From Burkholderiales bacterium (GTDB taxonomy: Bacteria > Vulcanimicrobiota > Xenobia > Xenobiales > Xenobiaceae), in contig JAAZKF010000342.1 in NCBI GenBank assembly GCA_012799975.1, positions 1 through 39,956 on the forward strand: a stretch of 39,956 nt of DNA, given 5' to 3'. Positions 1 through 7,961 of this stretch are shown here, in pieces. Each line of letters begins with the position of its first letter. The first letter of the stretch is position 1. The notes beneath the pieces are model-generated. The model was given only the letters and a program-made list of their open reading frames with translations, was not told the origin of the DNA and did no database searches. Position numbers and translations under genes: made by a program.

Positions 1-382
1 ACATGTGGTGGGGGCAGAAAACGATGCGATCCCGCTTACAACCGATCCGTTCCTGCAGAATGTCGCGGACCCACAACTTGTCCAGAAGCCAGACCAGCAT
101 GGCCTCGCGGAAAGCCACCATCGAGCGGGGCCAGGTGGCCAGGGTGGACATGAGGATCCGATCCAGCTTCCGGAAGGGCTTCTCGTAGAAGACCACCAGG
201 TCCAGGTCGGCTCCGGTGAGCCCGGCCCGTTCCAGGCAGAAACTGACCGCCCGGGCGGGAAATTCCCAATCGTGCTTGACTCTCGAGAAACGCTCCTCTT
301 CGGCGGCGGCCACGAGCTGCCCGTCCACCAGCAGGGCGGCCGCAGCGTCGTGATAGAAGCAGGAGATCCCCAGGACCCTCAT
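1..382 (-). CDS. Carbamoyltransferase (NodU/CmcH family), N-terminal ~127 codons; the gene runs off the left edge
   Basis: Absent from the ORF track because it is open at the window edge. Reverse translation from ATG 382..380 reads MRVLGISCFYHDAAAALLVDGQLVAAAEEERFSRVKHDWEFPARAVSFCLERAGLTGADLDLVVFYEKPF..., the typical N-terminus of NodU/CmcH carbamoyltransferases. There is no in-frame stop down to position 1. Confidence 0.8.
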   Translation of the reverse strand, partial: MRVLGISCFYHDAAAALLVDGQLVAAAEEERFSRVKHDWEFPARAVSFCLERAGLTGADLDLVVFYEKPFRKLDRILMSTLATWPRSMVAFREAMLVWLLDKLWVRDILQERIGCKRDRIVFCPHHM

Positions 383-594
383 CAGTGTTGCTGGTGGGGG
401 GCGCAGACCGGAGGATGCCTCCAGCGACCTCCGTTCGGGTCCCGGATCGCCAAGGGATCGGAGAAAAGCCGCAGGACCAGGGCGAAGGGGGTCAAGACGA
501 CCCAGTAGAAGACGGCTAACAGGACCCGGGCCTGAAACGTGGCGGCCCGAGCCGCCAGGGCCTTCCAGCGCTCCCAACTGCTCTCAGGGTTCAT
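382..594 (-). CDS. Small hydrophobic protein (70 aa) translationally coupled to the carbamoyltransferase
   Basis: Internal ATG at 594 of track ORF 382..900 gives MNPESSWERWKALAARAATFQARVLLAVFYWVVLTPFALVLRLF..., with one clear TM segment. Its TGA (384..382) overlaps the carbamoyltransferase ATG (382..380) by 1 nt. The upstream part of the track ORF is antisense to the gpsA leader and looks spurious. Confidence 0.4.
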   Translation of the reverse strand: MNPESSWERWKALAARAATFQARVLLAVFYWVVLTPFALVLRLFSDPLAIRDPNGGRWRHPPVCAPHQQH

Positions 595-759
595 GGGTTT
601 GCCTGTTCGCACGCGGGGTTGGAAGCCCTGCCGCAGTTGGCCCAGCGGGTCGAGGCCCCTTTCAGGAAGGTCGGGGAACCGGCCACGAATCCGCGTAAAG
701 GAAGCAAAGGCCCGGGGAGGGAATCCGCCCTGCGTGCCACAACCGCTGAGGAGAGCCTG

Positions 760-1758
760 ATGCTGACCGGGCCGATCGTCGTCCTGGGTTCGGGTAACTG
801 GGGAACCGCCCAGGCGCATCATCTGCGCCGAGCCGGCCTGGAGGTTACCCTCTGGGGCCGGGATCCCCGGGTTCTCAGCGAGGTTCAGGCCGGACGACAC
901 CCCCGCTTCTTCGGAGACTTCCGGCTGGCCTCGGGGATCCGCACCGAGCCCGACCTGGAGCGCGCGGTCCAGGGCAAGGCAGCCGTGGTGGTGGCCCTCC
1001 CCTCCACCGCCGTACGCCCGATAGCCCGAGCCGCACGCTCAGCGGTTCCCGAAGACGCCCTGGTGGTCAGCACCAGCAAAGGGCTGGAACAGGAAACCCT
1101 GCTGCGCATGTCCGAGGTCCTGGCCGAAGAATGGGGCCGGTTGGAGCGAATCACGGTGCTTTCCGGCCCCTCCTTCGCCCTGGAGGTGCTGCGAGGTCTG
1201 CCCACGGCCGTCACCGCAGCCGGTCCCACCCTCTCGGCGGCCCGACGGGCCTGCGACCTGTATCATCACGGCGCGATGAGGGTCTACACCTCCACCGATC
1301 TGGTGGGCGTCGAACTCGGCGGAGTCCTCAAGAATGTGATCGCCCTGGCTGCCGGAGTGACCGACGGATTCGGCATGGGAAATAATGCCAGGGCAGCACT
1401 CCTGACCCGTGGGCTGGCGGAGATCCGCCGCCTGGTGGTGGCCCTGGGCGGCCAGGCGGCCACCGTCACAGGCCTGAGCGGCCTGGGCGATCTCCTGCTG
1501 ACGGCCACTGGAGACCTGAGCCGAAACCGGCAGGTCGGCCTCCGCCTGGGACGGGGGGAAAGCCTGGAGCAGATCCTGGCCGACCTGGACCAGGTGGCCG
1601 AGGGGGTGCTGACAGCCCGCAGCGGGCTGGAACTGGCCCGGAACCACCAGGTCGAGGTCCCCCTGATCGAAGAGACCCAGCGTTTCCTGCAAGGAGAGCA
1701 CTCGGTGGCCGAGGCCGTGCGCCGCCTGCTGGCACGAGCCCCCAAAGCCGAGATGTAG
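760..1758 (+). CDS. gpsA: NAD(P)H-dependent glycerol-3-phosphate dehydrogenase
   Basis: Track ORF 619..1758. I place the start at ATG 760 (MLTGPIVVLGSGNWGTAQA..., GxGxxG dinucleotide fold), preceded by GAGGAGAG at 748-755. Full-length GpsA-like sequence (KGLE, GVLKNVIALAAG, NRQVGLRLGRG). Confidence 0.9.
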   Translation: MLTGPIVVLGSGNWGTAQAHHLRRAGLEVTLWGRDPRVLSEVQAGRHPRFFGDFRLASGIRTEPDLERAVQGKAAVVVALPSTAVRPIARAARSAVPEDALVVSTSKGLEQETLLRMSEVLAEEWGRLERITVLSGPSFALEVLRGLPTAVTAAGPTLSAARRACDLYHHGAMRVYTSTDLVGVELGGVLKNVIALAAGVTDGFGMGNNARAALLTRGLAEIRRLVVALGGQAATVTGLSGLGDLLLTATGDLSRNRQVGLRLGRGESLEQILADLDQVAEGVLTARSGLELARNHQVEVPLIEETQRFLQGEHSVAEAVRRLLARAPKAEM

Positions 1759-1769
1759 CTCCGGGGGTT

Positions 1770-3236
1770 TCAGGTCAGGTTCAGGATCGAGTCGAACCCC
1801 CCGAACTCATTTGGTTTGCGGAAAAGGTTCGAGGGGTCCTCCAGCCAGTGGGACCCATCCACCAGGAACTTGTAGTGGTAGCGTCCGGGCGCGGGAGCCT
1901 CCAGCTCAATCCGCCACAACCCGTCCAGGACCTCTTCAAAGAAGTTCCGCCCGGTCTGCCAACCGTTGAAGTCTCCCACCAGTTCGACCCGTCGAGCCCC
2001 GGGGTGGGCGAAGACGAAGCTGAGGCGACCATCCTCCACCAAAGGAGGGCGAAGCTCGCAGATCTGGCTAGGGGTCCAGGCCTGCCCGGCCTCCTCCACG
2101 GCCCGCCGGGCATTGACCATCCCACAGCCCTGCGAGAGCAGATCTCCCTTGCGCACGCGATCGGCAGTGGACATGAGGATCTGGCGCAGCACGGCCGGAG
2201 ATAGCGAAGGTTCAACCTCCAGCATCTGGGCGGCCACGGAGGCTACGATGGGGGCGGCGAATGAGGTCCCATCGACGTGCTGATAGTGCGCTGAGACGAC
2301 CTTGTCGCGCTGCAGGCCCGCCTCCAGCAGGCTGCGCAGGGTCTTGCTCGGCAGCTCCGCCAGGTTCTCCGGTAGGTTGGCCTCCGGAGCGGGGTGGGCC
2401 AAGAGGTCGCGAAGCTCCTCCCCTTCTGCCGAGGCCAGCCGACAGAGATACTCCACGCGGCGTTCCTGGACCGACCCCGGCAGTAGCGGAGCGGCCACCC
2501 AGGCAGCCGGAGCGATCACCTCGGGCTTGACGACCAGATCGAGAAGGACCCCGAAGCTGTTGCGGTACAACTCGACTTCTTCCGGACTGCAGGCTTCGCG
2601 CGAGACGCAGCCGCCGACGGTCAACACCGAAGGGGCGTTGGCCGGAGCCCGGGGCAGGCCCCCGTCATTCCCCGCCGCGGCCACCACCAGGATCCCGTCG
2701 CCGACAGCCGCCTCGGCTGCCCGGGCGATCTCCGAGTCCAAGAACGAGCCGTCCCGGTCACTGCCCACCGAGATATTCAGGATCTGGATCCCCAGGCGCT
2801 GGCGATGGGCCCGGACCCACTCCAGCCCCCGGACGATCAGGTCATCACAGATGCGCCCCTGACGGCTGACCTGGACCAGAACCACCCGGGCCCCACTGGC
2901 CAGGCCCCGATAACGCCCTTGGGAGAGGGTACCGTCGCCGGCGGCCACCACCGAGGTCTGCATGCCATGCCAGTTCCAGGGGTTGCGACATCGCTCCGGG
3001 TCCAGGAGGGCAGACTGACCACTGGCATCGTGAAAGGCCGCCACCCGTCCTGCCAGGTCGGCGTGAGGATAGAAGCCCGAATCCAGGAAGGCGATGGTGA
3101 CGCCCCGGCCGACCGGCCCGGGGTCGGCATCCAGCCGCCGGCCTGTCGGGGGGACCGCGTAGCGGGCCAGGTCTACCAGGGGCCTCCCGGGCCTTCCGAC
3201 CTCCCGCCGTTCCGGAGCGGCCGGGCGGACTCTCAC
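1770..3236 (-). CDS. S8 (subtilisin-like) serine peptidase with a C-terminal CBM48/AMPK-beta-like glycogen-binding domain; no signal peptide
   Basis: Catalytic triad contexts are present: IAFLDSGF (Asp), HGMQTSVVAAG (His) and GTSFAAPIVASVAA (Ser). The C-terminal ~85 aa (VELVGDFNGWQ...YHYKFLVDGSHWLEDP) matches the E-set/CBM48 pattern. The GTG start overlaps the tyrS stop (GTGA at 3233-3236). Confidence 0.85.
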   Translation of the reverse strand: MRVRPAAPERREVGRPGRPLVDLARYAVPPTGRRLDADPGPVGRGVTIAFLDSGFYPHADLAGRVAAFHDASGQSALLDPERCRNPWNWHGMQTSVVAAGDGTLSQGRYRGLASGARVVLVQVSRQGRICDDLIVRGLEWVRAHRQRLGIQILNISVGSDRDGSFLDSEIARAAEAAVGDGILVVAAAGNDGGLPRAPANAPSVLTVGGCVSREACSPEEVELYRNSFGVLLDLVVKPEVIAPAAWVAAPLLPGSVQERRVEYLCRLASAEGEELRDLLAHPAPEANLPENLAELPSKTLRSLLEAGLQRDKVVSAHYQHVDGTSFAAPIVASVAAQMLEVEPSLSPAVLRQILMSTADRVRKGDLLSQGCGMVNARRAVEEAGQAWTPSQICELRPPLVEDGRLSFVFAHPGARRVELVGDFNGWQTGRNFFEEVLDGLWRIELEAPAPGRYHYKFLVDGSHWLEDPSNLFRKPNEFGGFDSILNLT

Positions 3237-4438
3237 CCCAGCCGGACCTGTCGCCAGCGCTTGCCCAGCTTCAAACGGGCACCCTCAGCGGGTTCAATCG
3301 GGGTGACGGGGTCGTCCAGGACCACCCCCTCCAGGCTCAGGGCTCCCTGCTCCACCAAGCGCCGGGCCTCGCGCTTCGAGGGTGCCAGGCCGGCGGCCAG
3401 GAGCAATTCGACCGGCGAGAGGGGACCGGGTGGCAATTGGATTTCGGGGATCTCGGAGGGGACCTGCCCCGCGCTGACCACCCGCAGCCACTCGGCGTCG
3501 GCCTTCTCGGCCTCCTCGCGCGGGTGGTACAGGGAGATTATCTCTCGCGCCAGCCAGCGTTTGGAATCCCGCGGATTCTCGGTGTCCAGGCGGGCATCGA
3601 CCTGGTCCAGCGGCACCTCGGTGCACAACTCGAAGTAGCGCCGGATCATCGAGTCCGGAAGCTGCATCAACTTGAGGAACATCTCGGTGGGCGACTCGGT
3701 GATCCCCACGTAGTTCCCCAGGCTCTTGGACATCTTCTGGACCCCATCCAGACCTTCCAGGATCGGCATCAAGAAGACGACCTGGGGCTCCTGCCCATAC
3801 TCCCGCTGCAGCTCGCGACCCACCAGGATGTTGAACTTCTGGTCGGTGCCCCCCATCTCGACGTCGCAGCCCAGGGCCACCGAGTCGTAGCCCTGCATCA
3901 GGGGATAGAGGACCTCGTGCAAGCCGATGGGGACGCCTTCCAGAAAGCGTCTCTCGAAGTCATCGCGCTCCATCACCCGGGCCACTGTATAGCGTGAAGC
4001 CAGGGTGATCACCTCGGCGAAGTCCATGGGACCGAGCCACTCCGAGTTGAATCGGACCTCGGTGCGCTCGGGATCCAGGATCCGCGACAACTGGTCCCGA
4101 TAGGTCCGGGCGTTCTCCTCGATCTCCCGGGGTGAGAGCACCTTGCGGGTGACCGAGCGGCCTGACGGGTCCCCCACCCTGGCGGTGAAGTCCCCGATCA
4201 GCAGGACGACCTGGTGGCCCAGGTCCTGGAACTGACGCAATTTGCGCAGCACCACCGCGAAGCCTAGATGGATGTGGGGCGCCGTCGGATCCAGCCCCAA
4301 TTTGATGCGCAGTGGCTTTCCGTCACGCAGACTGCGCGCGATCTTCCCGCGCAGATCGTCGCGGCTGATGATCTCGGCGGTCCCGCGCTCCAGGCGGGAC
4401 AGTTGCAGTTCTACTTGTTCTTCAATGGACAAATTCAA
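3233..4438 (-). CDS. tyrS: Tyrosine--tRNA ligase
   Basis: Class I signatures are present: HIHLG (HIGH) and KMSKSLGNY (KMSKS). There is a C-terminal S4-like RNA-binding tail (REARRLVEQGALSLEG). Length of 401 aa is typical. Confidence 0.92.
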   Translation of the reverse strand: MNLSIEEQVELQLSRLERGTAEIISRDDLRGKIARSLRDGKPLRIKLGLDPTAPHIHLGFAVVLRKLRQFQDLGHQVVLLIGDFTARVGDPSGRSVTRKVLSPREIEENARTYRDQLSRILDPERTEVRFNSEWLGPMDFAEVITLASRYTVARVMERDDFERRFLEGVPIGLHEVLYPLMQGYDSVALGCDVEMGGTDQKFNILVGRELQREYGQEPQVVFLMPILEGLDGVQKMSKSLGNYVGITESPTEMFLKLMQLPDSMIRRYFELCTEVPLDQVDARLDTENPRDSKRWLAREIISLYHPREEAEKADAEWLRVVSAGQVPSEIPEIQLPPGPLSPVELLLAAGLAPSKREARRLVEQGALSLEGVVLDDPVTPIEPAEGARLKLGKRWRQVRLG

Positions 4439-4444
4439 AGGCTC

Positions 4445-4660
4445 CTACAGGGAACGGGCGGAACGGACCTGGAAAACTGCCCCCATCATCCCCAGGCTCA
4501 TCTGGGAAGACTCCTGGCCCTGGACCTCCAGGCGGGCCCCCTCGCGATACAGGGCCTGGGGAAGGCCCTCCAGGTGATATTGACGACCGTTATCGGCAGC
4601 CAGGACCCAGACGCCGCCTTCCAATTCCGAATGGTGCAAGGTCCCCTTCAGCTTTTCCAT
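4445..4660 (-). CDS. Small conserved hypothetical protein (71 aa), possibly DUF5818-like
   Basis: ORF MEKLKGTLHHSELEGGVWVLAADNGRQYHLEGLP...LEVQG... has a balanced, non-Arg-rich composition and sits 6 nt upstream of tyrS on the same strand. The family call is from memory of the SELEGGVW...Y.L.G pattern only. Confidence 0.45.
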   Translation of the reverse strand: MEKLKGTLHHSELEGGVWVLAADNGRQYHLEGLPQALYREGARLEVQGQESSQMSLGMMGAVFQVRSARSL

Positions 4661-4671
4661 AGCAGACCTCC

Positions 4672-5463
4672 CTACAGGTCGACCTGATTCTTGATCTCCT
4701 CGAGCTTGACGGGCCCGATTCCAGGAACGTTCAGAAGCTCCTCGTAGGTGGTGAAGGGGCCTTTCATCTCACGATACTCGACTATCTGACGCGAAAGCTC
4801 GGGCCCCAGGCCCTTGACTTTCGCCGCCAGTTCCTCGGCAGAAGCCTGGTTGAGGAGCAGGCGTCCCGTGCCCGAAACGGCCCCTTCCCCGTCGGGAAGC
4901 GCATCGCCCGCCCCCCTGGAGTCCTGGGGATGCAGCGAATCGTTCCCGGGTTCCTCGTCTTCCCAGGAGGGCGACGGAGTCTTTCGCGAGGCCTGAAGCC
5001 GGGGCTCGTTCTTGGAACGCACCACGATCTGGTCCTCGTCGCGGATCTTCTTGGCCAGGTTTACGCTGAGGGGATCGGCGTCGGGCAGCATGCCCCCGAC
5101 GGCGCGGATGGCATCGTCCACCCTCGTGTCAGCGGGCAGGGTAACCACCCCGGGTTGATGCACCGCTCCCACGACGTAGACCTTGACCATCTCCGGAGCA
5201 GCCGGCGTCGGTGAAGGGACGGGGGTCGGCGGGACCAGGGGGGCCGTCTCGATCGGCTGGAGCAGCCCTCCGGCGAGGTCATCCTCGCGATGGAGGGGAG
5301 ACATGTAGAACGAAAAGACCAGCGCCAGCACCAGGAGGACAAAGAGTCCGAAGAGCAGGGGCAGTCGCCAGGACGGCTCTTCCCGCTCGCCGGACTCGGA
5401 GTCGGCCGGTTCGGGAATCTCCGAGGGGAAATTGGAGAAATCCGGTTTTGATCTCACGCGCAC
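4672..5463 (-). CDS. comEA: ComEA-family competence DNA-binding protein (N-terminal TM, SLBB-like domain, C-terminal helix-hairpin-helix)
   Basis: The C-terminus LNQASAEELAAKVKGLGPELSRQIVEYREMKGPFTTYEELLNVPGIGPVKLEEIK is a canonical ComEA HhH pair. VYVVGAVHQPGVVTLP is the SLBB motif. A hydrophobic N-terminal anchor is present. GTG start. Confidence 0.8.
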   Translation of the reverse strand: MRVRSKPDFSNFPSEIPEPADSESGEREEPSWRLPLLFGLFVLLVLALVFSFYMSPLHREDDLAGGLLQPIETAPLVPPTPVPSPTPAAPEMVKVYVVGAVHQPGVVTLPADTRVDDAIRAVGGMLPDADPLSVNLAKKIRDEDQIVVRSKNEPRLQASRKTPSPSWEDEEPGNDSLHPQDSRGAGDALPDGEGAVSGTGRLLLNQASAEELAAKVKGLGPELSRQIVEYREMKGPFTTYEELLNVPGIGPVKLEEIKNQVDL

Positions 5464-6467
5464 ACAACCTCCTCCACCGTCAGACCCCGGTCATCCAGGC
5501 GGGCCGGCAGGATCTGCGCTCCGGAGCGTCCCAGGGCTTCCCGGACCGCCTCCCGGGCCTGTGGCCGGGCCAGGGTCAACAAGCAACCGCCCCCGCCGGC
5601 ACCGCAGATCTTCGAGGCCAGGGCCCCTGCCTCCCTGGCTGACTGCACCATCCGGTCGATCTCCGGGGTGGTGACGCCATCGGCCAGGCCCCGCCGGTTT
5701 TCCCACTCCCTGTCCAGGGCCCGGGAGACCTCCAGGAGATCCTCGGCCTGGAGGGCCTCCCACATCTGGTGGGCGGTCTCTTCGATGGCGCGCATCCGCT
5801 CGACGGTCTGGCCCTGCCTTTCGACGAATCCCTTGAGCATGTTCCAGTTGCTGGTCCCCGAGAAATGGCTGACCCCGGTGAAGGAGAGCAGCAGCGCACG
5901 GTCCAGCTCCTCCCGGAAGGCTTCCGAGGGGGCCAGGCGCTCGACGCGGGTCCCCTGGATCCCGAAGTGCAACCCCTTGATGCCTCCCAGGATGGCCCCG
6001 TAATAATCCTGCACCCCGGTGGGGATCCCCAGATTCTGGGCTTCCAGCGCGGCCCCGTAGCGGATCAGGTCCTCGTCGGCATCGGCCCGACCGGCGAATC
6101 GACACAAGGCCCTGGACATGGACATCAAGAGACTTGAAGAGGCCCCCAGGCCCGAACCCCGCGGCGCAGAGTTCAGCGTTCTCAACTCCAGGCCGCCCTC
6201 AGGGGCATAGAAGCGTACCGCCCGGGCCAGAAGGTCCAGTTCCTGGCCCAGGAGGAGCTCAGCGGGATGAGCGGCCTCGACCGACAGGCCCAGATCCTCG
6301 GAGACCAGACGAACCCGGCTGCCCTCCAAGGGCCGGACCTCGGCCCGCGAACGCAGATCCACACTGGCATTGACGGTCAGGGGTTTTTCCAGGAACAGGA
6401 AGAGCGGATGAAGGTCCAGGGTGCCACCCGCCAGGTCGACCCGGGTGGGGGCAGTTGCGATGAACAT
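5454..6467 (-). CDS. GHMP-family sugar kinase (galacto/heptose/fuco-kinase-like)
   Basis: Start chosen at ATG 6467 (MFIATAPTRVDLAGGTLD...), with GGAG upstream. The GHMP ATP-binding motif APRGSGLGASSSLLMS and the C-terminal KICGAGGGG motif are present. The track N-terminal extension (to 6578) has no support. Confidence 0.8.
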   Translation of the reverse strand: MFIATAPTRVDLAGGTLDLHPLFLFLEKPLTVNASVDLRSRAEVRPLEGSRVRLVSEDLGLSVEAAHPAELLLGQELDLLARAVRFYAPEGGLELRTLNSAPRGSGLGASSSLLMSMSRALCRFAGRADADEDLIRYGAALEAQNLGIPTGVQDYYGAILGGIKGLHFGIQGTRVERLAPSEAFREELDRALLLSFTGVSHFSGTSNWNMLKGFVERQGQTVERMRAIEETAHQMWEALQAEDLLEVSRALDREWENRRGLADGVTTPEIDRMVQSAREAGALASKICGAGGGGCLLTLARPQAREAVREALGRSGAQILPARLDDRGLTVEEVVCA

Positions 6468-6534
6468 AGAGGACTCCAATGACGAGCTGGCCGGTCCTTT
6501 TCTCGCTGGGCGGAATCGCTCCTCCAGGAGCGTC

Positions 6535-7011
6535 TCAGTCCGAATCGGATTCCCGCCCCAGACGCAGCAGCAGGCCATACCACAGATTTTTCAAACGCTC
6601 CCGCCAGCGCCGACGCCGTCGGGCACGGACCACCGAGTCCCCGACGGGCCGCAAGGTCTCCCCTTCCCGCTCCAGGCAGACCAGCCGGGCCAGGATCTCT
6701 TCAAAACCGTGCCGGGTCGGCGGGGCCTCCAGGCCATCGGCCACGACTTCGAATCGCTCCCCACCTTCGGTCAGGAGTCGTTGGCAGACCCTCCGAAGCA
6801 GACAGATCCCCCGGGTCTGGACCAGGACGATGTCGTCCCGGTCCAGGGTCAGCAAGCGGGCTTCCTCCAACTCCAGGATGTCACCGGGAAGCACGATGGG
6901 AGCCATGTCCGAACTCTGCATGCGCAGGCGAAGCCGCCCTCCCCCACCCAGGAGCCGCTTCCAGCGATCCAACCTGAAGGTAGAGTCGAGAGGGCCAGGC
7001 GCTTCAGCCAT
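6535..7011 (-). CDS. Hypothetical protein with an S24/S26 (LexA/signal-peptidase-like) fold signature
   Basis: SSDMAPIVLPGDILELEE...DIVLVQ resembles the G-x-SM-x-P...GD...V core of S24 peptidases. The expected Lys context reads LLRRV rather than xKR. The C-terminal tail is Arg-rich. It lies in the same operon as the PilZ-like gene, with an 8 nt overlap. Confidence 0.4.
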   Translation of the reverse strand: MAEAPGPLDSTFRLDRWKRLLGGGGRLRLRMQSSDMAPIVLPGDILELEEARLLTLDRDDIVLVQTRGICLLRRVCQRLLTEGGERFEVVADGLEAPPTRHGFEEILARLVCLEREGETLRPVGDSVVRARRRRRWRERLKNLWYGLLLRLGRESDSD

Positions 7012-7369
7012 GCGCTCGACGCAGGGCCTGAAGGCGGGCCAGCCGCTCGCACTCGGCGGCCGACATCTCGGAGGTGAAGGTCAGAAACACGCGATACCGG
7101 TCTTCGAGCAGGGCTGTGCAGTGTGTCACCGAGGCCTTGGCCTCAAGCGGCGCCCCCATCACGTTCAGGCGAAATCCGACCTCCTGCCCCGGGGACAAGG
7201 GTTCCGAGACCTCGACCTGCAGGCCGCGCAGGGTCAACTTGCGCCCGATCCCGGAAAGGGAAGGCTGATCGGCCCGAGAGATCTCCACGGGGAAGTCCCC
7301 CGGCGCGGATTTCCCCGAATCGGAGGAGCGCAACGGTTTGTTTTCGGCGGACCGTCTGCGCGGACTCAT
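7004..7369 (-). CDS. PilZ-like domain protein (121 aa)
   Basis: Start chosen at ATG 7369, with GGGGAG upstream. The SLSGIG...LRGLQVEV...GQEVGFRLNV...A.V.HC pattern resembles a PilZ beta-barrel. The (D/N)xSxxG motif reads SLSGIG, and I could not find a clean RxxxR motif. Confidence 0.45.
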   Translation of the reverse strand: MSPRRRSAENKPLRSSDSGKSAPGDFPVEISRADQPSLSGIGRKLTLRGLQVEVSEPLSPGQEVGFRLNVMGAPLEAKASVTHCTALLEDRYRVFLTFTSEMSAAECERLARLQALRRAHG

Positions 7370-7639
7370 CGGAATCTCCCCATATCTTCGACCTCTCCTG
7401 CCCCGAGTAAGGATCTGTTGCGGAATTCTATACCCGGGGGCGGAATCCCCCGTCGGGTAGGAATAGGAGGATTCCCGACTGCCTGGGGGAACTTTCTGCC
7501 CATTTCTGGGGTCCAACAATGTAGTTCGAGGGATCGGAAGGCCCGGGTCGTCCCCTTCCAGGATTCCCTACGCCTCGCAGGGGGAGGCCGGTGCATCCCG
7601 GTACCCACGCATCCGACGACCAGAGGAGAAGAAGATAAA

Positions 7640-7855
7640 TTGGCATCTTGTCCCCACTGTGGAGGAATGGCCGTCGTCGAAGAATATATCCGGACCAACG
7701 AACAGGGCACCTCGCGGGTGCGGATCCGGCGTTGTGTGTCGTTGAGCCGGGATCGCAGCTGGAATCGCCGGCGCAAGGACCCTCAGCTCCGCTCGACGCG
7801 GGATTGTGGCGAGGTGGAGATCCTCGACGAGGTCCAGATCAAGAGGACCGCCTGA
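7640..7855 (+). CDS. Candidate small Cys-containing (zinc-ribbon-like) protein, 71 aa
   Basis: The TTG at 7640 is in frame with the tail of spurious track ORF 6479..7855, and GAGGAG lies at 7624-7629. Product: (M)ASCPHCGGMAVVEEYIRTNEQGTSRVRIRRCVS...RDCGEVEILDEVQIKRTA. Third-codon positions are strongly G/C, as in neighbouring real genes. It is the only plausible gene in a ~590 bp gap. Confidence 0.35.
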   Translation: MASCPHCGGMAVVEEYIRTNEQGTSRVRIRRCVSLSRDRSWNRRRKDPQLRSTRDCGEVEILDEVQIKRTA

Positions 7856-7961
7856 GCCGGAATCCGGAACCCATACCCCCCGAAATCCTGCCCCTCATTT
7901 CCGCAGAATAGCGCCGTGACCTGGAAGCACCTGGTTTCTGGCGTTCCGACAAGCTTTCGCT

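Noticed and set aside
7440-7500. Partial resemblance of GGGGGCGGAAT...GACTGCCTGGGGG to the ZTP (pfl) riboswitch conserved segments
   Set aside because: Only fragments match, and the pseudoknot partner has a mismatch. The downstream gene is not a purine or folate gene, and I cannot verify the full consensus without a covariance-model scan.
6479-7855. Very long plus-strand ORF (458 aa) spanning the S24-like and PilZ-like genes
   Set aside because: The product is extremely Arg/Ser/Pro-rich with no recognisable domain. It is antisense to better-supported genes, a typical GC-rich shadow ORF. Only its last 71 codons (7640-7855) are kept, as a low-confidence small gene.
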